IMG/VR virus record: IMGVR_UViG_3300029611_000001
Span: 25,067-89,066 of that record
DNA: 64,000 nucleotides
DNA from: a virus
Lineage: Duplodnaviria; Heunggongvirae; Uroviricota; Caudoviricetes
Strand: one strand, 5' to 3'
A program made the position numbers and the translations under genes. Shown here piece by piece: positions 21,545 to 31,202 of this stretch (position 1 is its first letter; every line of letters starts with the position of its first letter). The notes beneath the pieces are model-generated. The model was not told the DNA's origin and made no database searches. It was given only the letters and a program-made list of their open reading frames with translations.

Positions 21545-22192
21545 ATGAAAAAAAATAGTATCTTGCAAAAAAAAATGAGAAGAAGATTTCAAATAGGGAT
21601 GGGGGTAAATCCCTCGCTTATAATCAATAAAGGCATATACATCCAACATGTAGATGGAGGATTATATACAAAACAAAATTGGTCTAATAAAGGATATTCC
21701 AATGATCTATGCAATGGAATAGCTCTTGTAGATAAAGTGTGTTTTGTTATAGCCACCGAATATATTGGCACATTTCGTTGGGGTAAGGATGGAGAAATAG
21801 ACAATATATTTGCACAAGATAGTTCTCATATGGGAACTATTAAAAAGGATTATTGGGGGCGTGAAAATCAGAATGCGTATCTTGAATATGATACCAGTAA
21901 TACAGATTACGCTTTTAATAAAGCTAATAGCTATTTATTTAAAAATGGTCAAAATGGATATGTAGGTGGCGCCGGAGAGTTTTTTTTGATATCATTGTAT
22001 GCTAATGAAATAAACGAATGCCTTTTAATGGTAGGAGGTACGATAATGAGTAATAGAATGTGGACATCCACTCGAAATGAAAAATTTACCTATTCGTGGT
22101 ATTATGATATAAACATCCAAGGAGATCATTTGGATACAGGTTCAAGGGGTAGTTCACATTATGTCCGTCCTTTTACTGAATTAATTTTATGA
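21545..22192 (+). CDS. Protein with DUF1566 / Fib_succ_major-like C-terminal domain (possible receptor-binding or tail tip)
   Basis: ORF 21449-22192, probable start MKKNS at 21545; C-terminal motifs MWTSTRNE...YSWYY...YVRPF. Confidence 0.5.
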   Translation: MKKNSILQKKMRRRFQIGMGVNPSLIINKGIYIQHVDGGLYTKQNWSNKGYSNDLCNGIALVDKVCFVIATEYIGTFRWGKDGEIDNIFAQDSSHMGTIKKDYWGRENQNAYLEYDTSNTDYAFNKANSYLFKNGQNGYVGGAGEFFLISLYANEINECLLMVGGTIMSNRMWTSTRNEKFTYSWYYDINIQGDHLDTGSRGSSHYVRPFTELIL

Positions 22193-22196
22193 AATT

Positions 22197-22925
22197 ATGA
22201 GAAGAAGATACGAAAATGATATTAAGCTATACGAATATGTAATAAATAGCAACTGTATAGGCGGAACCATATTCGTAGATGGAAAAAATGTAGGTGTCGT
22301 AAGCTCCAGTCCTTTGATTTACGTTACTCCAAAACCAATCATCTCTTCTATTAGTATCTCAGGGGGATTGCCCTCTGATAATAGAGAATTGATAGATACA
22401 TATACTGAAAATAGTACAGATATTCAAGGATTAGATAAAATAGCTATAATTGTTTCTCCACAAAATGGAAATGATTATAATATTCTACACGTTAGTTTGC
22501 CTGTCATTAACTTTGTTCTTGTTTCTACTCCTATTACTTACAAAAAATATAAAGTTTATCATAATCACGCTCCAGAGTCTATTTACAATGTTGTTCCTGG
22601 ATTATATAACCTGAATTACACCTACCAAATAAAAGAGGAGACAGATGAAGGGACACCTGGCAGCCCTACCTATAAAGCTCTTTACAAGGATGGTTCAAAA
22701 TGGAATCTGGGGGTTGTTGATAGCAATGTCAATATAGAAGGTAGACTTAATAATACAGTATCGTTAAACACTGTTTCTATAATACATATTCAGTCTAATA
22801 TACAAGATGATAGCTACATAGTATTTAAAGCTGACGTAAACCTGTATCTAATAGATCCTTCTGATAGATATAACCCTGTATATAATAATACTATAACCAA
22901 ACAATTGCGATATGAGTTCAAATAA
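22197..22925 (+). CDS. Hypothetical beta-rich protein, N-terminus MRRRYE (paralog of 3957 gene)
   Basis: ORF; N-terminal similarity to ORF at 3957. Confidence 0.55.
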   Translation: MRRRYENDIKLYEYVINSNCIGGTIFVDGKNVGVVSSSPLIYVTPKPIISSISISGGLPSDNRELIDTYTENSTDIQGLDKIAIIVSPQNGNDYNILHVSLPVINFVLVSTPITYKKYKVYHNHAPESIYNVVPGLYNLNYTYQIKEETDEGTPGSPTYKALYKDGSKWNLGVVDSNVNIEGRLNNTVSLNTVSIIHIQSNIQDDSYIVFKADVNLYLIDPSDRYNPVYNNTITKQLRYEFK

Positions 22926-22933
22926 AAAAATAA

Positions 22934-22963
22934 TTATGGCACCAAGAACTATTGGTGCCATAA
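22934..22963. terminator. Bidirectional terminator hairpin at strand-switch point
   Basis: ttatggcacca-agaactat-tggtgccataa, 11-bp perfect stem with A/T tracts on both sides. Confidence 0.65.
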
Positions 22964-22966
22964 TTA

Positions 22967-23224
22967 TTAAAACCGTTTCTTGTAACAAGAGTCCACTACC
23001 TTTACCTTTTCTTCTTTGTTCTTACCATAATTAAATTCATACGCATCTTCGAATGAATAAAAAACAGCATAACACGACATGCCAAACATATCGTATTTTA
23101 TCCTGTTTTTCCATTTCCCAAAAATGTTTTGATATTGGCACCAATATTCTACTTCCCCATTAGTTAATTTCCTTTCAACTATTCTAAGAGGAATATGAAA
23201 CAAGTTTCTAAGCATTAACTTCAT
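22967..23224 (-). CDS. Hypothetical protein (85 aa)
   Basis: ORF. Confidence 0.45.
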   Translation of the reverse strand: MKLMLRNLFHIPLRIVERKLTNGEVEYWCQYQNIFGKWKNRIKYDMFGMSCYAVFYSFEDAYEFNYGKNKEEKVKVVDSCYKKRF

Positions 23225-23696
23225 GACCTTCCCTATCTGTGAAAACTAAACCAATACCTTCTACAATATATCCTACTACAGGAGCTTTGTCAAATTCCTC
23301 CTTCGTAGCCCAAGTAGCATTATCAGGCATAAGATCCTTGAATGCGTCCGAAACATCACCTTGGCACCAGCAGTTATTTGATACAACAATGCCTTTCCCT
23401 TCGATATTGATATACATCTTTCTTCCACCACATCCAAGGCTGTTCCATCCGCTCGGTACGTTTTCCACCATAGGCTTAAGCACCCAGCTTTCACCGTCTA
23501 TCCTAATCCATCCAGGATCGTCTTTGTGCTTGTCGTACATATTTTGCCAAAAAGAGCATTCGTAGCACCATCCCTTGTCTTCCATGATAGTTCTTATCTC
23601 ACACCTTTCAAATCCATCTGCATCCATCGTGTGCGGAGAATGAGGCTGGTGAGGGGTGCCACATTTTGGGCATACGAGTTTTAAATTCTTTTCCAT
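23208..23696 (-). CDS. Cys/His-rich hypothetical protein (162 aa)
   Basis: ORF; CPKCGTPHQPHSPH. Confidence 0.5.
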   Translation of the reverse strand: MEKNLKLVCPKCGTPHQPHSPHTMDADGFERCEIRTIMEDKGWCYECSFWQNMYDKHKDDPGWIRIDGESWVLKPMVENVPSGWNSLGCGGRKMYINIEGKGIVVSNNCWCQGDVSDAFKDLMPDNATWATKEEFDKAPVVGYIVEGIGLVFTDREGHEVNA

Positions 23697-23697
23697 A

Positions 23698-23931
23698 TTA
23701 TTTCACTTTTACGATCTTAATAGAATCTCCGATATTGTATTCCCCTTGGTATCCAACGAATTTTATAAATCTATTACTGTTAAATATTGAAAATCTTCCG
23801 TCTTCACCATAATACATTATACATCCACCATCTAAAGGACGTAGATCATATATAACCCATCCGTCATTAACCCGAATATCATGCGAACATGATGATAACA
23901 CAAGTGCCATCAATAAAACAAAATACCTCAT
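23698..23931 (-). CDS. Small lipoprotein (signal peptide plus LSSC lipobox)
   Basis: MRYFVLLMALVLSSC N-terminus. Confidence 0.5.
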   Translation of the reverse strand: MRYFVLLMALVLSSCSHDIRVNDGWVIYDLRPLDGGCIMYYGEDGRFSIFNSNRFIKFVGYQGEYNIGDSIKIVKVK

Positions 23932-23938
23932 ATTATTT

Positions 23939-24130
23939 TCAGCATAAAAATTTGTAACCTGGTTTTACGGCCTCTGCTTCTTCTCTCGTATCAAACATTA
24001 AGGTAGTGACAGCTCCTATGCCTTCACAAACGTAAGATACTTTCACCCACCACCTAAAAATCCCAGAGCCGTAATCATCATAGTACGGCTCAGAAAGAAC
24101 CTCTTCTACGTACCCATCTAAGTAATTCAT
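23939..24130 (-). CDS. Hypothetical protein (63 aa)
   Basis: ORF. Confidence 0.4.
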   Translation of the reverse strand: MNYLDGYVEEVLSEPYYDDYGSGIFRWWVKVSYVCEGIGAVTTLMFDTREEAEAVKPGYKFLC

Positions 24131-24843
24131 GATCGTTCCTCCTTGTTTTTAGGTTCTGCCTCTTCGAGTATGCTGATCACCTTGTCAACAATATCCGAAT
24201 CAGACATTTTCTCAATAAAAACATCCATTGCCTTAGTTATGTCATTGGCTTCTTTTTCTTCAAGAGCTATTTTTCCACCGGTAATAGCATCAGATAATAA
24301 TGTAGATAAGTATCTTATCTTATCAATGCTCATAAACGTAAACGGGTTACCTCCTTGACCTCCACCCATTTCTTTCATAATCTGATATCCACCTGAAATA
24401 AGTCTGCTGGATGTCAGAGCCAAGGAAGACACGATAAGGGCCAGGACCGCCGCTTCCGTCCGCTCCTCAGACACACCCTTCGACCACACGGCTGCCCTTA
24501 TAGCGCCAGCCAGGTTGTCTATGTATGGCATGAGGCAGTCTTCCATAACTTGTGTTATATCAGCTATAACCTCACTACGCTCTTTATTTATGTAATAGAT
24601 AGAAGCATTATACCTCTTTATCTCCTTATCCATATCATTTAAAAAGCGCTTGATGTTGTGCTTATACATAGGACTGCCTTTAATTACCTCCTTCAGTTTA
24701 ATAATGTAATTATAAGCCTGGTCGTTTACGAACAACGTCATGGTCTCAACCGTTGAATGAAGTGTGTTAAGACTGTTAAGAATCTTATCGAAATTGTTTA
24801 TCAAATAAGCTCTTCTGGCTTTTGCTGCGTAGTTAATCATCAC
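24127..24843 (-). CDS. Hypothetical protein (238 aa)
   Basis: ORF. Confidence 0.55.
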   Translation of the reverse strand: MMINYAAKARRAYLINNFDKILNSLNTLHSTVETMTLFVNDQAYNYIIKLKEVIKGSPMYKHNIKRFLNDMDKEIKRYNASIYYINKERSEVIADITQVMEDCLMPYIDNLAGAIRAAVWSKGVSEERTEAAVLALIVSSLALTSSRLISGGYQIMKEMGGGQGGNPFTFMSIDKIRYLSTLLSDAITGGKIALEEKEANDITKAMDVFIEKMSDSDIVDKVISILEEAEPKNKEERS

Positions 24844-25363
24844 ATTCGAATTTTAGATTTTCAAGTTCATTCAATTGTTTCTTAGTCAATTCGATCAGGT
24901 ACGTTCTCCGTTCCTCTGCATGTTTTAAAGCTTCTTCTTTGCTCTCAAAAGCATCCCTTCCTATTTCATAAGGAGTGATCCTATCAGGAATGTCGGCTAA
25001 CAAAAGACCACCATACTCTTCTATTTTAGCTTTTACTTTTCTTATTATACCGTCTCTCATGCACGCATCTGTAATCCATATAAACCTATCACATTCTTCT
25101 AATTCCCTTTCGTACAATTCATACCATTCTGGTTTAGGAAATCTTAATGTAAATCTAATCTCGGTATCTTTTTCTAAGACATTAATATCATACGCCTCCG
25201 GCCACAGCTCTTTTATACTGTTCTCGTCTTCAGCATATGCTACCAATACAAATGAATTACTGGATTCTGCACTACACCAATATGGATATTTTATAGGCCA
25301 TTTGACTGGACGGTAATCATTGTTACAGTCATCCTTTCTAATGTAAAATCTTGCTTTAATCAT
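24833..25363 (-). CDS. Hypothetical protein (176 aa)
   Basis: ORF. Confidence 0.55.
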   Translation of the reverse strand: MIKARFYIRKDDCNNDYRPVKWPIKYPYWCSAESSNSFVLVAYAEDENSIKELWPEAYDINVLEKDTEIRFTLRFPKPEWYELYERELEECDRFIWITDACMRDGIIRKVKAKIEEYGGLLLADIPDRITPYEIGRDAFESKEEALKHAEERRTYLIELTKKQLNELENLKFECDD

Positions 25364-25364
25364 G

Positions 25365-25673
25365 TTATTCTACTTTTTTGATTTCGCTTAAATCGTCTTC
25401 ATGCACCAAATAAGATCCTCTTCCCGGTCTTCCTTCTTTATTAACTTCCTGGATTGTAAATATAACTGTTCCAGGACTCATGATTTGCACGCTCTTAAAA
25501 AAACCAACAAGAGGCTCTTTCGAACGTTTGTAAAAAACGCTCACTTTATCTCCCTTCTTTAACCCATAAACAGAATCGAAATACTCTTTTTTGATTCTAT
25601 CAATATTGTCTTTATGATTTCTTATAGCACGAAGCTCTTTTTCCCATAAATAATTTAGCTGTTCTTTTGTCAT
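25365..25673 (-). CDS. Hypothetical protein (102 aa)
   Basis: ORF. Confidence 0.5.
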   Translation of the reverse strand: MTKEQLNYLWEKELRAIRNHKDNIDRIKKEYFDSVYGLKKGDKVSVFYKRSKEPLVGFFKSVQIMSPGTVIFTIQEVNKEGRPGRGSYLVHEDDLSEIKKVE

Positions 25674-26236
25674 TTCTTTTCCTCCTTACTTAAAGGCATT
25701 AACCCTTTTCCGTGCTTGTCATACCACAGCATAGCTATACAGTTCCATGCACATTGTGCAAGATGAAAACATCCTGTATCGGAATCCACTCTTTCCCCTT
25801 TCATGTATTCCATTAGGTGTCTAAACATTGCAGCTCGATACCGTTCAAATCCGTCGTCAAGATTCTGCCAATTATTAGACCCATATTTCTTGGCTCCGGC
25901 ATGATAGACTCTTACAATGTCTTCAATCTCTTCCATCGGAAGCAAATCCCATCGTAGTTTGTCGTCAATGATGTCATTTTTCACTGATTTTATTGAAGTA
26001 CTTTTTTCTGGATCTCCTACACGAATAAGTTCCATAATGTCTGTTTCTATAATAATTGCGTCTCCATTGTAATAAACTTCAGCAAACTTGTCATTTTCTT
26101 TTATGTTTGTTGCTGAAGTCACTAAAGATCCTTTGTATATTATAGTGTTTTTATCTATCTTATCATCTTTCAGTGTTTGAAAAATAGATCCTTTTGGATA
26201 AAGGATGTTTTTAGTATTATTGTCCATTTTTTCCAT
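25670..26236 (-). CDS. dATP/dGTP diphosphohydrolase-like protein (phage dNTP pyrophosphohydrolase N-terminal domain)
   Basis: Motif RWDLLP...VYHAGAKKYGSNNW typical of dGTP_diPhyd_N-type phage enzymes. Confidence 0.5.
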   Translation of the reverse strand: MEKMDNNTKNILYPKGSIFQTLKDDKIDKNTIIYKGSLVTSATNIKENDKFAEVYYNGDAIIIETDIMELIRVGDPEKSTSIKSVKNDIIDDKLRWDLLPMEEIEDIVRVYHAGAKKYGSNNWQNLDDGFERYRAAMFRHLMEYMKGERVDSDTGCFHLAQCAWNCIAMLWYDKHGKGLMPLSKEEKK

Positions 26237-26280
26237 CGTTTTATCGTTGTTTTAATCAATTAGTATAATGATATAGTCCA

Positions 26281-26628
26281 TTATTTTTCTTCTTCGCCTA
26301 TAAAGCGATCAAATTCTTCTCCGCTCATAACAATGCGGTTAATGATAATTATGCCGTTATTGCTATAATCACCACTTTTAACTCCCATATCATCAAGCTC
26401 CTTCTTTAATTCTTCAAATGTGGGACCTGTCTTGCTTTTAAAAAATAAAGTAGCATGTACAATCTTTTCGTTGTTTAGTTTTGCTCTCACGGTATAGACA
26501 TATCCTTTTTCCTCTTCATCCTTTTTGTTGACACCATCAAGGATGCTATTTATCATATCCTTGTCCTCACGTGATAGGTTAGATATAGCGATTCTGCCCT
26601 TTAACCTAAATATTTCGTTTTCGTTCAT
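26281..26628 (-). CDS. Hypothetical protein (115 aa)
   Basis: ORF. Confidence 0.5.
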   Translation of the reverse strand: MNENEIFRLKGRIAISNLSREDKDMINSILDGVNKKDEEEKGYVYTVRAKLNNEKIVHATLFFKSKTGPTFEELKKELDDMGVKSGDYSNNGIIIINRIVMSGEEFDRFIGEEEK

Positions 26629-26912
26629 AACCTTCCATTTTTGTTGTTTTCAAAATATTGTCTTACGGCTTCTATAGCCTTATCATCATCAAAAGCCTCT
26701 TCAAACTCCGTATAGAACCTATCTCGTTCCATGCAGAATGTGTTTTTCCCTTCCGGTATAGGACGGAACACAACCACCCTCTCTTTGTCGTGATTGGTTC
26801 CTATTATGTTATTATCTAAGATAATAGAATACCTTCTTGAACTCTTGTTGATAACAACATCATGTTGAAGACCATACAATTTAAGTATTTCCCTTAATTC
26901 ATTTGTTTCCAT
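26625..26912 (-). CDS. Hypothetical protein (95 aa)
   Basis: ORF. Confidence 0.45.
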   Translation of the reverse strand: METNELREILKLYGLQHDVVINKSSRRYSIILDNNIIGTNHDKERVVVFRPIPEGKNTFCMERDRFYTEFEEAFDDDKAIEAVRQYFENNKNGRL

Positions 26913-27269
26913 TTATATTATTCCTTCCAAATTTACTTTAATAGAACCATTTATAGTTTTAATGCTCCCATCTATGGTTGAAATCACATCATCTAAATAA
27001 TTTATAATACCTTCCATGTCATCAACCACCTCCTCCATATAAGTTACAGCCTGATCTGATTCCCAATATCTTTCTGAGTCTTGTAACGATTCAGGTATAT
27101 TATCTCTCGCCTCAGTCTCTTCGTCTAAAATCATATCAACATCATCTTTGGCTGAATTTATGTTGTGCTTCAACTCTGACAACTTTGATTTGATGTATTC
27201 AAAATCCGTTTTATACTTATTTACATTGTTAATAACATCCGATATTTTTTTTCTTCTCTTGTTGTTCAT
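26913..27269 (-). CDS. Hypothetical protein (118 aa)
   Basis: ORF. Confidence 0.5.
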   Translation of the reverse strand: MNNKRRKKISDVINNVNKYKTDFEYIKSKLSELKHNINSAKDDVDMILDEETEARDNIPESLQDSERYWESDQAVTYMEEVVDDMEGIINYLDDVISTIDGSIKTINGSIKVNLEGII

Positions 27270-28687
27270 GCCTTTATCCTATTATAATATTCGATAATCT
27301 TTTCTTTTCTATCTCCTGGTTTTACTGCCATATTCTCAGCCAAGAACCTAAAATACGACACCGGTATGTCCTTGAATCTAATTCCTTCATATTTTCCAAA
27401 CCACATTATTATACTGTCAAGATCGTCTTCTCTCCTACCATCTCCATTCACAGATTTAAGCGAGGCTGCCCGGCGAAGGATCTCGTCTTTGGTAATAATA
27501 TCACCCATCCTTATATTGGACAGAAGTTGATCTCCGGCAAACATACACCAGCCCTTAGAAGGGAATTGTTCGATTGTCAAGTCTTCTATCCGACCGAAAC
27601 GCCTCATGTTGTCGCAGCAATCAACTATCAGCGCCTCTTTCTTGTCAGGATGGATGCGGACGGCGCGGCCTAATATTTGGTAATATGTTGAATATGAGAA
27701 TGTTGGGCGACCAAACATCACACAATCAAGTTCAGGAAAATCAAATCCGGTAGCAAGCGTTGAATAATTAAAAACCACCTTCAACTTTCCTTCTTTGAAA
27801 TCGGATATAATTTGCTCTCTTTTCTTTTTGGTTGTTAGCGATGTTACGACACCGGTTATGGCTCCCATCTTGGCATTCATGAACTCTGATATTCTATTAC
27901 ATGATTCAATAGAATCCATGCAAACCAAAATGGCTTTACGTTCGTTCATAAGTTGAAGAAGGCGCTTGTAGATAGAGTTGTTTAAGCCATTTCGTACAAT
28001 ACTTTCTTTAATAGATTCGTTGGTGTATTCAGCTCCGGTGCTGTTCAACATCAGAGCCGATTCATCAAAAGACCATCGTTCGTACTTAAGTGGACACCAA
28101 AACCCTTGAGAAGTTAATTCTTGTATTTGAGTCACATGAACTATTTTCTTGAAGAAATTATGCTCGTCTTTCGTCAGCATATTGAGCTTGCTGTAGTTTC
28201 CTTCCAGCATGGAACTGTAGGTTCGGAGGCGGCAGGGAGTGGCGGTGAAGCCCAGCACCTTCGCCTCTGGGAACCTGTTCATAAACTCCATAAATTCAGA
28301 ACCTTCTTCAGGAGAATACCCGCTATGCACCTCATCTATCAATAATGTGTCTATCCCTATATCTTTCAACCTTGCTACGTCTTTCTTTATGCTTTTAAGT
28401 GTAGCATAAGTCATAGCCGATAACTCTTTTTTTTTACATGAAGCAGAATATATGGTAGGTTTAGAACCGAATGATACAGCCTTCGCATAATTCTGCTCCA
28501 GAATCTCTTTAGATGGCTGTAATACAAGGATAGGTCTTTTTAATTCATGAGCTATCTTGCTAATTATCAAAGACTTCCCCGCTGCACACGGCAAGACTTC
28601 TATGCCAGGCTTCTTAGATCTTCCTGTAAGGAACTTAAGCCCGGCATCTACTGCCTCTTTTTGGTAAGGTCTAAGTTCAAAGCCCAT
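27266..28687 (-). CDS. SF2 DEAD/DEAH-box helicase
   Basis: Walker A PCAAGKS, motif II LIDEVH, motif III FTATP, motif VI YQILGRAVR. Confidence 0.85.
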   Translation of the reverse strand: MGFELRPYQKEAVDAGLKFLTGRSKKPGIEVLPCAAGKSLIISKIAHELKRPILVLQPSKEILEQNYAKAVSFGSKPTIYSASCKKKELSAMTYATLKSIKKDVARLKDIGIDTLLIDEVHSGYSPEEGSEFMEFMNRFPEAKVLGFTATPCRLRTYSSMLEGNYSKLNMLTKDEHNFFKKIVHVTQIQELTSQGFWCPLKYERWSFDESALMLNSTGAEYTNESIKESIVRNGLNNSIYKRLLQLMNERKAILVCMDSIESCNRISEFMNAKMGAITGVVTSLTTKKKREQIISDFKEGKLKVVFNYSTLATGFDFPELDCVMFGRPTFSYSTYYQILGRAVRIHPDKKEALIVDCCDNMRRFGRIEDLTIEQFPSKGWCMFAGDQLLSNIRMGDIITKDEILRRAASLKSVNGDGRREDDLDSIIMWFGKYEGIRFKDIPVSYFRFLAENMAVKPGDRKEKIIEYYNRIKA

Positions 28688-29054
28688 CGCAATCTATTTT
28701 ACTGTTTTTTGAAAGTTCTATTATCGCCTCTTTCAACATCTCCCTTGCTTTATCTTCGTTATCTTCAAGCAAGCATACACTGCACGATATGCCCATACGA
28801 TCCCCATAAGCCTCGGCATTACCTAATGTGAATGCGCAGCAGTAATCATAATCCATGTTTTTTGCTACGACAATAAACTGATTATCTTCTATCAGTACAG
28901 CATATTCAGCATCAGTTTCACACATGATAATGGCTTTATCTTTTTTTATAGACAATACCTTGTTTCTAAAAAGTCCGTTATAAATCCATAGTTCCTTTCC
29001 TGCATTTTTATAAAACGCAACCATATCTTCCTTGATTGTAACTTCTTTTTTCAT
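28677..29054 (-). CDS. Hypothetical protein (125 aa)
   Basis: ORF. Confidence 0.5.
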   Translation of the reverse strand: MKKEVTIKEDMVAFYKNAGKELWIYNGLFRNKVLSIKKDKAIIMCETDAEYAVLIEDNQFIVVAKNMDYDYCCAFTLGNAEAYGDRMGISCSVCLLEDNEDKAREMLKEAIIELSKNSKIDCDGL

Positions 29055-29057
29055 GAC

Positions 29058-29414
29058 TTACTTGTGTTTAACATCAGTAATTAAAACATATCTTTTAACA
29101 ATATCTTCAAGACTCACAGAAGAACGTATATATAGTTTTTCTTCGTACTCATATAGAGCGTACCCTTCTTTTATGTCTAATATCTTAATCACATGCTTGC
29201 CTCTTTCAAATGGATCCTCAAAGTAGTTCTTATGTTCGTATCTTTGACCTACTTTGATTTTGTCAGTTTTCTTCTTCATCTTATAACGATCTACTGCTCT
29301 ACCTGTTTTTATGAAAGCTGTCGTGAGTAAGTATAATAAAACTAAATACAAAAGGATCGCTACTCCACATATTAGATCTTCTTTCATTACACTCCTTTTA
29401 AATAGTTGAACCAT
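29058..29414 (-). CDS. Membrane-anchored hypothetical protein (118 aa)
   Basis: N-terminal TM helix. Confidence 0.45.
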   Translation of the reverse strand: MVQLFKRSVMKEDLICGVAILLYLVLLYLLTTAFIKTGRAVDRYKMKKKTDKIKVGQRYEHKNYFEDPFERGKHVIKILDIKEGYALYEYEEKLYIRSSVSLEDIVKRYVLITDVKHK

Positions 29415-29553
29415 ATATCCTCCAGCTTCTCCTGAAGCTCAAACGCTTTCTTGAAATTCCCGCATCGTACAGCAACGTCTCTCATGTATGTCAAGTTTAT
29501 AACTTCCGGATCTTGCCGGTATTTTGTTCTTAACTTTTGAACATCATCGTATT

Positions 29554-30573
29554 TCATCGTTTTATCTTTTTAGACGGATCCCAATCCGAAGAGAAAGGGC
29601 ATTCGTTTTTGTTATGTAATCCAAAGTCGCAATAATAACACAGTGCTGACGGGCAGGGTAGCTTGTTTTGCGAAACAGGCTGGCTTAGGGTGGCACGCCG
29701 CTTGCTATACCTGGCTCCTTCTGCTCCCTGGATGTACGCTTGAAATGATTTTACACTATTATCTTCAAAATCATACATTTTAGATAAAGTGTCATTTAGC
29801 ATTTCTATAGATTTTGTTTTACGTTCCTCATCCACCTTAACCTTTTGGTACTGCCTGGTCCTGGTAAAGAAATAGATGTTCATATCTGGTAGAACCCCAC
29901 CATATCTTCTATAGATGTAAAACGAATATATAGGATGCTGTAAATTTGTTTCCAGCTTTTTAGAATCAAAAATTTTATTACCTGATTTCCAATCTATGAC
30001 ATAATGATGGATCACCCCTTTGCTCTTTATAGCCAGATGAAGGTCTACTGATCCTACTATGTACACATGTGTATGAACGTCACCATTTATATCAACAGGC
30101 TTAGGAAGACGATACGGCAGCACAAAATCTTCTTCTACTCCAACTATAGCACCGTGTCTGATAAGTTTCTCACAGGGATTAAGATCACTATCAGCTATCA
30201 TAAACCTATTGCCGTCTTTTTTGAACAGATCCACAATCCAAGCAAGAAGCTCCCCAGATTGTTTCATGGCTATCATCATATTTTCTGGTGATTGCCAAGG
30301 TATGTCTTCTTGATAGGAATAGTAACTTATCGCTTCTCCAAGGTCTTTACCAGAAGGCTGTCTTCCGTTCTTAAAGAAGTATTCCAGTGTTTTATGGATA
30401 ACCGTACCATAAGATGTAGCTTCTTGTTTTTCTGTAGACCTTTTACCCTCTACGTAAGTCTTATACCATTTCATTGGACAAGTAAGAAACGTATCTATCT
30501 GGGAATAAGATATGGCAAGACGTTTCACACCATTAAACTCCTTATATAGCAAATGTGTTTCCGGGACCATCAT
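29554..30573 (-). CDS. PD-(D/E)XK nuclease, Cas4/RecB-like with 4Fe-4S Cys cluster
   Basis: N-terminal Cys (CPMKWY), GSVDLH, IDWKSG (ExK), QHPIY (QxxxY), C-terminal CPSALCYYCDFG...ECPF. Confidence 0.75.
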   Translation of the reverse strand: MMVPETHLLYKEFNGVKRLAISYSQIDTFLTCPMKWYKTYVEGKRSTEKQEATSYGTVIHKTLEYFFKNGRQPSGKDLGEAISYYSYQEDIPWQSPENMMIAMKQSGELLAWIVDLFKKDGNRFMIADSDLNPCEKLIRHGAIVGVEEDFVLPYRLPKPVDINGDVHTHVYIVGSVDLHLAIKSKGVIHHYVIDWKSGNKIFDSKKLETNLQHPIYSFYIYRRYGGVLPDMNIYFFTRTRQYQKVKVDEERKTKSIEMLNDTLSKMYDFEDNSVKSFQAYIQGAEGARYSKRRATLSQPVSQNKLPCPSALCYYCDFGLHNKNECPFSSDWDPSKKIKR

Positions 30574-30929
30574 AAGTCATTGTCTTTAAATCCTTCCGGG
30601 TAATATACGACATACTTCTTACCGTCTTCTGGTGTCATGGCAAACTGCATGTAGTTATTACGATTACGATGCTTACCATCTAATCCTCGCTTCCAATACA
30701 GAATCCCGTCTATATCCACATAAGACCGTCCGCGTTCGGCTCTAACTACGTCCGTGTGCAGCAGATACCCGTCGGAAGACACAATCCATACTTTATCTCC
30801 TTTGTTTAAATAAGATATTCTTTTTCTTACAACAACCTTTTTCTTATTATCCAATACAAATTCCTCGTCAGTCATACTCTTCGTCCTCCTCTTCTTCTGT
30901 TTCAAAATCAATTCCATAACACTGATCAT
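30570..30929 (-). CDS. Hypothetical protein (119 aa)
   Basis: ORF. Confidence 0.5.
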   Translation of the reverse strand: MISVMELILKQKKRRTKSMTDEEFVLDNKKKVVVRKRISYLNKGDKVWIVSSDGYLLHTDVVRAERGRSYVDIDGILYWKRGLDGKHRNRNNYMQFAMTPEDGKKYVVYYPEGFKDNDL

Positions 30930-31202
30930 AATGCTTGGTCAGTTCTTCTGGTTCTAAATCTTGTCCAAAATCCATGTTAAAAATATCGTAATTAGTAAAG
31001 CACTGTTCCTGCCGGCAGGAAATCTATGAATGCTGCTTTTATTTCTTCAATTAGGCCCAAGTGTAACCTTGGGCCATTGTATTTATTTTTTGTCATCTCC
31101 TTTTAGCTTCTTTAAAGTATCTGCAATCGGAAGCTGATCAATGACTCCCAATGCCGGAGCGACGGTCTTAACAACATTGTTAAGGAAATTACCGGTACTG
31201 TT

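Noticed and set aside
1-22925. Possible stop-codon reassignment (TAG or TGA recoding) as seen in some crAss-like late genes
   Set aside because: All giant and late-block ORFs are intact under the standard code and no in-frame stop-separated ORF fragments were noticed. The only odd junction (49220) involves TAA, which is not normally reassigned.
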